Origin: Botryllus schlosseri
Lineage: Eukaryota
DNA: 64,000 nucleotides
NCBI GenBank assembly: GCA_051294905.1
Contig: CM119384.1
Coordinates: forward strand, 4,960,001 to 5,024,000
Reading direction: 5' to 3'
In this document: positions 12,200 through 20,498 of the stretch, in pieces
Layout: each line of letters opens with the position of its first letter
How positions within the stretch are numbered: position 1 is the first letter of the stretch
The notes under the pieces: model-generated
What the model saw: only the letters and a program-made list of their open reading frames with translations
Databases searched by the model: none
Told to the model about the DNA's origin: nothing
Translations under genes and position numbers: made by a program

Positions 12200-12296
12200 T
12201 AATATATCAAACCCTCCCAGTAGAGGTTTCGTTGTTTTGACATATTTCAGGTGACTCTATGAGTATTATGCCCTATAATACTAATATATATTCAAC

Positions 12297-15200
12297 ATGA
12301 AGCAGAAGAAGCCAAAGTTTGACATAAAAGCTGTAGCATATTCTTTGGCGATTTCACTTGATGCTATTCCTTCTCCACAATCCCCTCTAAAGCGTGCCGT
12401 CGTCGCACAAGCATGGAAAATACGAGTCGCATCTCCCAGAAAAATAACGACGGTTTACGATTTGTGGAATAATAGCTCTGACTTCAGGGCCATGGTATTG
12501 AAATATTTCCAGGAGCACCATCAGCTAAATACCGACGTACATGAATCTCGAGAGGAGTCTCTCCAAGTACATGCAGCGGAGAGTGGTCTAGAACTTTCGG
12601 AAGCGACACGAAATACCCGCGTAGAGGAGAACTCCACGATTGACCAATCAAATCTTGAGCACTGTAAAGACACAGAAGCCGTATATTGTTACTGCAAACG
12701 ACCGTATCGAGGTGAATTCATGGTACAGTGTGAAGATTGCAAATGTTGGTTTCATCCTACATGCGCCTTTCGACCCGACAGTAAAGAATCGAAATTTGAT
12801 CATAATCAATGGCGTACTGTATCCTTGCACTGTAGGGTCGACCATAACACAAGCACACAGCGCCCGTTTTATACTCACGCACCTCAGATTGACAATCGTT
12901 ATGTCGATAAAGAACCAACGCCGCCCACGCCTCTCCTCAATGAGTTTACGGGACAAGATGGAATGTTAAATGCTTGGGATGCATGTGATCATACCAAATC
13001 GCTTCCAGAGTCCCACATTACGTCGATTTCTAAACCTGCCGGGCACAGCGAAATTAATGAAACATGGGTGAGTGATTCCGCAATCGAATCTATTGGAGGA
13101 ATGACAGCGAAGATCTCGGACAAGATCAAAGAACCTGATGAGGTGAACTTACGACGGTTAACTTCAATTACTGCAGAAGAATGGAAAAGAGCCATTCAAA
13201 ATCGAGGCCAACATCATTTTGCCAACAAATCTCAGTACGCAGAGACACTTATACGGGCGCTTCGGCAAGTATATGATTCATGTGTGCCGATGATAAAAAG
13301 TAATTATTTACGTGCTCAAGACAAAGTGACAGAGATTACGACGGAATCTGATCGATATTACGAAGGCAATGTTATACTGTACTGCGGTCATAAAACATGT
13401 TGCGAATGTACAGTCACTATCCATGCTCAATTGTACAGTATGGTAAATTCGGCGCAAATCGACTTTCATATAACCGGAGACAGGCATCATCGACATGAAT
13501 GCACTAAATCAAGAAGAGTCAAAGGCCAACAGCGGCTTCATCTGAAAGAGGAGCTTGATTACAAAACCCCGACTCAAGTGCATCGACATTTATTTGATAC
13601 ATTGTCTGAAAATGAACGATTTTTTGGTTCACATACATTCGCACCTTCGACTGACGTTCTGAAAGACATCAAAAGAGATGGTTGTCCAGTGGTAAAATAT
13701 TCCAAAAACTGGCTATTCTGCATGGAAAAATTGGTGAAAATATTCACGAATGAGAAGAAAACTAATTTTCTGCGTGCGTGGTCCGCGAATCCCCCAACCG
13801 TAACTATGTACAATGACGGGCAGATCAATATCTATAAAGAGCTGTGCCGCGTGGATTTCCTTTTTATCGATGGCTCAGGGGGTGTTTTGCGCAGCAGTAA
13901 AGGCTTGGGAAATTTTCAAATCTATGTGCTTTTTGTGCGAAATCCAAGAAAGTGTCGACCGGGAATGCCGGTAGCAAGCTTTCTCACAAGCAAGCATGAC
14001 GCAATCACAATTGGAAACTTTCTGCGAGACTTCATACGCGATTCTTCGGGTAGAGAGCGATCCACGAAACCTCTAATCATTGTAATAGACGGTAGTAAAG
14101 CGGTATGGAATGCAGTTTTGGATGCATTTACTAGAGAAAATAGACTTCAGTATTATTACCGATGCTATCGCATTGTAACTGGCAATGCTACGCAAAATGA
14201 CATGGAAAAGACATTCGTAATAAATTGCTACAGTCACAGCATGAAAGCTGCATCCATCCTGTGTCGCAAGCACTACAAAAAGGGATTTGTTGCCACTGCA
14301 ATGTATTGGATCGGTCTGTTACTGTCGCAAGATATGCTATCAAAAATGGACGAGATAATGCGCCATATTTGTATTGTGTTGCTTTCTCCAAAATGTACGC
14401 CAGTTGTTAATACCAGCTTTGCGTCTCTGTTATCACTGCAGAGCGAACAGGAGAATCCAACTGATGCTGCTGTAAATGATCTCAATGAGCCAAGCCACGA
14501 CGAGGATTATTTTTCTGGAATAATTCCCGTAGATAAAAAGCAAGAGTTGCAGTCTCCATTTTATACCCGATACCGCAATCTTGAGAAAGAGTGGGTGTCA
14601 GCAACAGCAACTCATTCCAACCTGGAAAGTCAATGTGACGACAACGTCTATTACTCTCCGTCATTTTACACCAAGTTCGTCGAAGTAATCGCTAGTCGAC
14701 TCGGCGTAACCTCGCGCCTTCTTCTGGGAGACTTATCAAGGCACAGTAGTCCTGAAATTCCTTCAAACCATTACATGAAATTTGCAAATTGGTGGAAACA
14801 ATTGAAGAAATATCCTGGACGCTCAATCTGCGACGGTACAAGAACGCAAGGTGCAATTGAGCAATTTTTCCGACAGTTGAAGCGAAACTATCTAAACAAC
14901 AAGCGTGCATCAAATATACCAAAGTTCGTGTGGGACTACGAAGATGCAACGAGAGTAACTGGTAAATCGTTTGCTGATGATTTAGTGAAAGTCAAGTACG
15001 GCTCGCGGCCCGTACCGAAACGGAAACTCCAAATATATCATCAAGAAGAACATCCGATAAATAAAAAGCCAAAATTTCTTGAGTCGAAATTCAAGAGACG
15101 AAGCCAAAGAAAGGGATATTACGGAACTCCCACGGCCGCCGAAAAAATCAGGGATCGTAACTCAAAATCATTGACACCGGAGGGAAAATTCGCAGAAAAG

Positions 15201-17321
15201 TTTTGGAAGTCGATACAAGAACACGCCTTGTCGACTGTCGGTACGAAATTGACAGACACAGCGATCAATTCGAAATTCGAAGTCGTTGTGACGTATGCTG
15301 ATATAATGTCTATTTGCCCCAACCCATCAGAGAAAATGATTCAAAATATTAATGAAATCATGGCAAATGACACTAAACCAGGATGGCTAACAGACGGTAT
15401 TGTTAATGCATATGTAATCCAGTGTGCGCTCAACGGAAATTCTCAGTTAAATGAAAGTCATTTTGGGTATCTGACAACGGACATGACTCATTTCATACTT
15501 TCTGGAAATACGCCTCGAGCAGTTCCAGACACTATTCTTGATGACAATCGGCACTTACGCGAGGTCATACTATTACCAATTCTTATTCGTCGGGATTTCA
15601 ATCATTTTGCACTTCTCTGTTTTCAAGAAAAGAATAAAATAATCACATTTTTCGATTCCTCTGGTGCCCGTGATACGGAGGAGCAACGCGAGATTTTATC
15701 GTCATTTACAGAATACCTTTCTGGTATTTCTAGGGTAGATGTGAACAGCGTGAAGAAGGAATTTTGCGGCGACTTCCTTCAAACCGACTCTTCGTCGTGC
15801 GGTGTTTGTGCATGTATGGCGGCGTGGAGCATATGTTCGCAAGACAAGCACCGTACACATTTGCAAAATGACTTCCGTCATAAAATCATTTGGGACCTAC
15901 GTCAAGATTATCTGACATCATCGCACATTGTGCGAAATGCGGAAGTTGAGTGTGGCATTATATCCCAGATACCTGGACTCGAAAATCTGGGAAATACGTG
16001 CTGGTTCAATGCTGTTATGCAAGCATATTCTCATGTCATACGGCAGGGATTGGGGCCACTGGATGAGAGTAGGCAAATTATTGGGGAATTCGCAAATATA
16101 CTTATCCCCTTGACAAACTTGAAGGCGGTTGAACGTGACTTATTAATGAATGCTGTTAAAATTGCATGTGAGAGAACTAAACTGGAGTTCGGTGAGCAGC
16201 ACGATTGTTATGAGTTCTATCCAATATCTTCGCTGCCACAAGTATTGGGAGATCTTTGTTGGAAGAACGAATTGAGATACGAGAGGATCATCCACTGCGA
16301 CGAATGCCAAACGAATGGAACAACAGTCCACCAAGAAAAAATCTTCAACGTGAATTGCGGAGTTGCATCGGTAGCAGAAGCATTTCAGATTTCACAAATC
16401 ATATGTGAAAAATGTGGTTTCGCGATAAATACTAATGTCAAGTTCACTGAAGTTCCGAATCTAGTGACAGTGCGCCTCAATCGTGTGGACTCTATAGGTA
16501 GAAAGTTGGAAAATACCGTGTTTGCCAACCGTAACCTCCACATTCAGGGACCTGATCAAGGTTGGATCGGATATTCGCTCAGGGCTGTGGTTGCACACAT
16601 CGGATCGGACGGAGACGGTCACAATATCGCATATTTAATCGAGAAGAAATGCTCGGTACGACTGTGCAACGACAAAATTGTAGAATTTGTGGATTCGAAA
16701 GAAGCTTTCAATGCCATGTCAAGGAATGGATACCTCTTTATTTATCTCAAAACAATAAAGCGAAGATTACCTCTGCAAAACTCTCGCAATCATGAATATT
16801 TCATGAAAAGTCTGCCATTAAAAATGATGGATATCAATGAAGAAACTAAAGCAATCGGTGACACAATATTTCAGGACATCGTAAATGTTTGTCATCTTAC
16901 ATTACACGAGTCGCAAAAGGACGTCCGTAGTCAGCGACATGCCCTTTTTCTCCGAAACAAACACACTGAATTGCAGAAAATGATCGTACCTGTTGGACAA
17001 AATGACCTTGAAGAAATCAAAGTCATATTCCAATATATCAAAAACAAGACCTGCATCTTACATGCGAAATGGATCAGGTATTTGGACACAGGAACAGAAT
17101 ACGTCGCATACAACACATTTTCGCGAATAATTTTCAACAAGGCTGTGGTGCGTGAGGACAGTGAGCTCATGAAGAAATTAGAACCAACACACAGCAGCGA
17201 CAAGTATTTCAAGTTGGTTGTGTTGCAAGAAGTTACTTTGATGTTTCTGTCCATTACTCAGAAGAGGACATACGAAGAAGTTTTGCAGAATCTGAAGGTG
17301 CCATATGAATGGCGAAAATAA
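12297..17321 (+). CDS. 1674-aa MULE transposase polyprotein: PHD + Cys/His zinc-binding region + DDE + Ulp1 (C48) + USP (C19) + unknown C-terminal domain
   Basis: Single uninterrupted ORF from the ORF track. Motifs recognised by eye are listed in the domain features. An acceptor-like ttgacatatttcag at 12237-12250 precedes the ATG. Confidence 0.9.
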   Translation: MKQKKPKFDIKAVAYSLAISLDAIPSPQSPLKRAVVAQAWKIRVASPRKITTVYDLWNNSSDFRAMVLKYFQEHHQLNTDVHESREESLQVHAAESGLELSEATRNTRVEENSTIDQSNLEHCKDTEAVYCYCKRPYRGEFMVQCEDCKCWFHPTCAFRPDSKESKFDHNQWRTVSLHCRVDHNTSTQRPFYTHAPQIDNRYVDKEPTPPTPLLNEFTGQDGMLNAWDACDHTKSLPESHITSISKPAGHSEINETWVSDSAIESIGGMTAKISDKIKEPDEVNLRRLTSITAEEWKRAIQNRGQHHFANKSQYAETLIRALRQVYDSCVPMIKSNYLRAQDKVTEITTESDRYYEGNVILYCGHKTCCECTVTIHAQLYSMVNSAQIDFHITGDRHHRHECTKSRRVKGQQRLHLKEELDYKTPTQVHRHLFDTLSENERFFGSHTFAPSTDVLKDIKRDGCPVVKYSKNWLFCMEKLVKIFTNEKKTNFLRAWSANPPTVTMYNDGQINIYKELCRVDFLFIDGSGGVLRSSKGLGNFQIYVLFVRNPRKCRPGMPVASFLTSKHDAITIGNFLRDFIRDSSGRERSTKPLIIVIDGSKAVWNAVLDAFTRENRLQYYYRCYRIVTGNATQNDMEKTFVINCYSHSMKAASILCRKHYKKGFVATAMYWIGLLLSQDMLSKMDEIMRHICIVLLSPKCTPVVNTSFASLLSLQSEQENPTDAAVNDLNEPSHDEDYFSGIIPVDKKQELQSPFYTRYRNLEKEWVSATATHSNLESQCDDNVYYSPSFYTKFVEVIASRLGVTSRLLLGDLSRHSSPEIPSNHYMKFANWWKQLKKYPGRSICDGTRTQGAIEQFFRQLKRNYLNNKRASNIPKFVWDYEDATRVTGKSFADDLVKVKYGSRPVPKRKLQIYHQEEHPINKKPKFLESKFKRRSQRKGYYGTPTAAEKIRDRNSKSLTPEGKFAEKFWKSIQEHALSTVGTKLTDTAINSKFEVVVTYADIMSICPNPSEKMIQNINEIMANDTKPGWLTDGIVNAYVIQCALNGNSQLNESHFGYLTTDMTHFILSGNTPRAVPDTILDDNRHLREVILLPILIRRDFNHFALLCFQEKNKIITFFDSSGARDTEEQREILSSFTEYLSGISRVDVNSVKKEFCGDFLQTDSSSCGVCACMAAWSICSQDKHRTHLQNDFRHKIIWDLRQDYLTSSHIVRNAEVECGIISQIPGLENLGNTCWFNAVMQAYSHVIRQGLGPLDESRQIIGEFANILIPLTNLKAVERDLLMNAVKIACERTKLEFGEQHDCYEFYPISSLPQVLGDLCWKNELRYERIIHCDECQTNGTTVHQEKIFNVNCGVASVAEAFQISQIICEKCGFAINTNVKFTEVPNLVTVRLNRVDSIGRKLENTVFANRNLHIQGPDQGWIGYSLRAVVAHIGSDGDGHNIAYLIEKKCSVRLCNDKIVEFVDSKEAFNAMSRNGYLFIYLKTIKRRLPLQNSRNHEYFMKSLPLKMMDINEETKAIGDTIFQDIVNVCHLTLHESQKDVRSQRHALFLRNKHTELQKMIVPVGQNDLEEIKVIFQYIKNKTCILHAKWIRYLDTGTEYVAYNTFSRIIFNKAVVREDSELMKKLEPTHSSDKYFKLVVLQEVTLMFLSITQKRTYEEVLQNLKVPYEWRK
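12681..12850 (+). other. PHD finger domain
   Basis: VYCYCKRPYRGEFMVQCEDCKCWFHPTC matches the YCxC..PY..FM..C..C..WFH..C pattern of BPTF/PHF2/CFP1-type PHDs. The last ligand pair is atypical (LHCRVDH). Confidence 0.75.
13851..14890 (+). other. MULE-type DDE transposase core
   Basis: D in FIDGSG (13869), D in IVIDGSKAV (14088), CxxH as CYSH (14226-14237) and E in TQGAIEQFFRQLK (14859). This is the D..D..C(2)H..E signature of Mutator-superfamily transposases, and it includes MPVASFL. Confidence 0.8.
15381..15900 (+). other. Ulp1/SENP-like cysteine protease domain (peptidase C48)
   Basis: GWLTDGIVNAY, ILLPI, NHFALL (His at 15603), TFFDSS (Asp) and QTDSSSCGV (Gln, plus Cys at 15798). Confidence 0.85.
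15972..16750 (+). other. Ubiquitin-specific protease domain (peptidase C19/USP)
   Basis: Cys box PGLENLGNTCWFNAVMQ (Cys at 15999), GEQHDCYEF, finger-subdomain CDEC and CEKC pairs, His box LRAVVAHIGSDGDGHNIAY (His at 16620), CNDKIV and GYLFIY. Confidence 0.88.
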
Positions 17322-19130
17322 TGAATTATAAGGTACGTTTCTGCAGCTTGTAGCCGCGAAAGAGGGGTGGAAACTTCCACGTATACACAATAGAGATATA
17401 ACTGTCCTATCCAACACCCCAAGATGACGCGTTTCTGCCTGCTTCGTTGGATTTTATTTTACACAGACGAAAAACGGTTTTCTGAAAGCATTAATACACA
17501 GCGAATTAACACAAATTGTTTAGTACCGGATAAATCAATATATACTTACTTGACAGTGTTTCCTTGAGGACAGTTACAAATTTCGAATCAGACTATTCAT
17601 AATAATTATTTTAGGATCTATAAAAATTGCGATGTAAATACGATTGAATAAGATTGATAGTCGAAATATTAGCAACTGATACAAAGCAGGCAACGAGGGC
17701 GAAACTGAACGGCAGTGAACTATATAACAGTTACGTCACAAAGGTCATACAAGGTTTATTGAACCGTGATGTTTATGGCTCTTGAAGTCCGAAATCGCGA
17801 CTTCACAGCTTTCGTCTCGTATTTTGAGTATACTTTTTTGTTGAATAACTATCCAATTCCATTTCATTGGTAGTTTTGTTAGTTTACTTTTGTTCTGAAA
17901 TCGCGCAAGACTTTCAAATAGCATGTTGAATGTAAGATATAATCGCATGAACGCGTAGGCCAGAAATAAGTAGGCTATTTACCATCAAATTTTAGTTTCG
18001 TATACTTTAAATACACAATGACTCATTAGACCATACCTGGACATTTTAAGGTCCGCGAAAAGTTGATTGGAAAATGTGAATGCGTGGACTAACACTATAT
18101 AGTCTACATTACATTACGTAGCCTACGTACATCGCATGCATATACTCCAGATTCAAACTAAAGCCAATATAAAAAGGTATGCCGTAACAAATAAAGTCGC
18201 AACTCACTCTTTCTATAGTTCAAACCATGTTTTTTTTTAAATTTCCATTGTTACATTCAGAATTATACGCCGCGTGCTTTATATTTCGCGTCGTGCGAGA
18301 ATTTCATGAAAACAGAAGTGGAGGCTGAAGACCGACATTTTGCAGAGATTTGTGCCTCGACATCTTCCTGTCTATTCATTGTATCGCATTTTTTGTGGAG
18401 TATTGAATTGATAAAATTGCTAATAAACCAATGATTATAAATATTGTAGCCTACTCAAGTATAAACGCATTCTTTTAGTTTGTGGGAGCAAGTTGCCGTG
18501 GTTAAGGCATATAAGTTGAGTCGGCATTATGAGAAAAACTGCTAGTGAAATACAGACACTCGGGTGAGAGAGAGCAGGAATTTCGGATGACTTAGCAAAC
18601 CAGGCTTATTTTACCAAACTGCACACACCTCGGAATGCAGCGACCACGACCAAGAATAATGACACTGAATATATAGTATTTTTTGCTAAAATAACCTCAC
18701 TTTATTACCTAATATTCAACGTTTGATTCAACAAAGTATTTTCTGCATCACATTTGACCCCTCGTGAGAAATAATTTCACACCCCAGCTCTGACTGGAAG
18801 TAATTTTGTGCTAAAGAACTATCCAATACCGATTCCTGGGTGGTTTCATTGTGATATTTGAAGACGTGTCAGACTTCTAAGTAAAATATTGAAAGTAAGC
18901 TACTATTCCTATGGACGCGTAAGCCTAAAATAATAAGTATTTAGACCAAAAATATTGACGAGCTTTTTGTAGGCAGAGACGAGACGACAGATTTCGCATA
19001 CTCGGAAAGGGTCGTTTACTCTTTCATTTATCAAAATACACCAGCCAACGCTGTGTCAACAAAACGAGTTCGCGTATCATCTAAAAATAGTACATTGAAC
19101 GCTCTCGTAGTATTCGACATTCCATGCTGT

Positions 19131-19375
19131 TGACGTCATATTTTGTGATACGATTGTTGATATACGATGCTCATGTGAATTCTCTACTAGTTGATGACGA
19201 TCACCCCTGACGAGTTTCGGCCGAAAATATTCGGGTACATTTCAATATGACTATGCTAATCAATTGTACATTGATGTTCTGTACCTCCAAGGAGCTGTAC
19301 AATCGAATAATATATTCATATTGAAATATACCCGAATATTTCAGCTGACACTGGTCAGGGGTAATCGTCAACAAC
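19131..19375. mobile_element. Palindromic (foldback) MITE family A copy nested in the MULE right arm
   Basis: 19191-19251 is the near reverse complement of 19316-19375, around a central gttctgtacctccaaggagct. The outer end carries TGACGTCA. Other copies or fragments lie at about 19595, 21260-21480, 25835, 26950, 32340, 37310, 42790, 52955, 54453-54871, 55820, 60130-60410 and 63930. Confidence 0.75.
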
Positions 19376-19904
19376 TTTTCCAGATTAGATTAGAATTAGA
19401 TTACTGGCATTTCGCTCTAATTTAATGAAATCAGACAACTATAATTATCTAGTTGTCCAAGTCTGGTTCACACTTTCATTTGTCGATCCTGGAGTCGACT
19501 TCTATCAACATCCGCCAATCGGATTTGTCCCTACAGAAGGTGTTCGTGCATCATCTAAGAATAGTTGAGCCCCGGTCATTCGGAATTGCAGGCCGGTGAC
19601 GTCATATTTGGTGATGCGTGTGTTGGTATACAATGTCCTTTCCAATCCTCTGCCAGTTGTTAACGATTACCATTCGGGTATATTTCAATATAAATATGCT
19701 CTTCAATTGTACACAAATATCGGTCTCATATTTTGAATAAGCCAGGACTATGTAGACTCTGAAAATCATTTTGTAATGAAGAATAATCCAATACCGTTTG
19801 TGTGATAATTTTATGATTTATTAAAATAGCGAATAACGAGGAAATAACGCTGCATCAAATCTGTCTTCAAATTCAGTTTTCCAATAAATTAGTCGTGATT
19901 AGTC

Positions 19905-20057
19905 AAAAATTCCTACCGAGAAGTCGACATTTCCGACCACTTGATACGCCAGGGGTTAATATTGACTATTCGTTCACCATAATGTTTCACGTGATCATTC
20001 GCCATGTTTCACCTCAGTGCAAACATTCCGCCGAAATTCCGCCAGGACCACTTCAGT
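19905..20057 (-). repeat. Right TIR of the MULE element
   Basis: Reverse complement of 8464-8604. The terminal 23 bp match perfectly. Confidence 0.85.
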
Positions 20058-20243
20058 GGCCTGCTATTTGCAGCACCAAGCACGGAACCAGTGTAGCTTA
20101 ACCTTTGACTTGAAAGATGCCAAATTTACGGGATTACTTGATTTTTTTAGATAAGAAAAATTTGCCAAATATGTAATGCTCTTAAATATATTGCAGCATA
20201 TTATTCCACAATAGTCGATTGATATTAGTGTTATAGATACATC

Positions 20244-20277
20244 ATAGATAACTAACCTACGGAGGTTAGTTATCTAT
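20244..20277. other. Perfect 15-bp-stem hairpin/palindrome
   Basis: ATAGATAACTAACCT-acgg-AGGTTAGTTATCTAT. Confidence 0.8.
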
Positions 20278-20498
20278 AGATACGTAGGAAGAAGTAGTAA
20301 TATTTATATATGAGCCATACCGAGCAATGAAGCGAGACTGCTTCATCGTCAACAACGACAAGCCGTTGCGCGGTTCTGAGAGAGAGAGAGAGAGAGTCTT
20401 TTATTTTCATCTGTTATGTATGTGTTCTTGCAGTGAATTCTTTCTGTTTCTTATACAAGTGATAGCATAGTAGTTTTGGCGGTGAAGATACTTTCGCT

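Larger units (their letters stand above)
8464..20057 (+). mobile_element. Autonomous-looking Mutator-like (MULE; NOF/Rehavkus-like) DNA transposon, 11,594 bp
   Basis: Identical 8-bp flanks GGCCTGCT at 8456-8463 and 20058-20065. Terminal 23 bp ACTGAAGTGGTCCTGGCGGAATT perfectly inverted at 20035-20057. Imperfect inverted similarity continues to about 8604 and 19905. The internal ORF has MULE catalytic motifs. Confidence 0.92.

Noticed and set aside
12297-17321. Viral or prokaryotic origin of the long intronless ORF
   Set aside because: It is bounded by TIRs and a TSD, has eukaryote-type PHD, Ulp1 and USP domains, and has no capsid, polymerase or RT motifs.
8464-20057. Zisupton/KDZ or hAT assignment (8-bp TSD, Ulp1 domain)
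   Set aside because: The catalytic core shows MULE-type D..D..CxxH..E motifs, and no KDZ CxC/SWIM/SAP or hAT dimerisation motifs were recognised. A profile search should confirm this.
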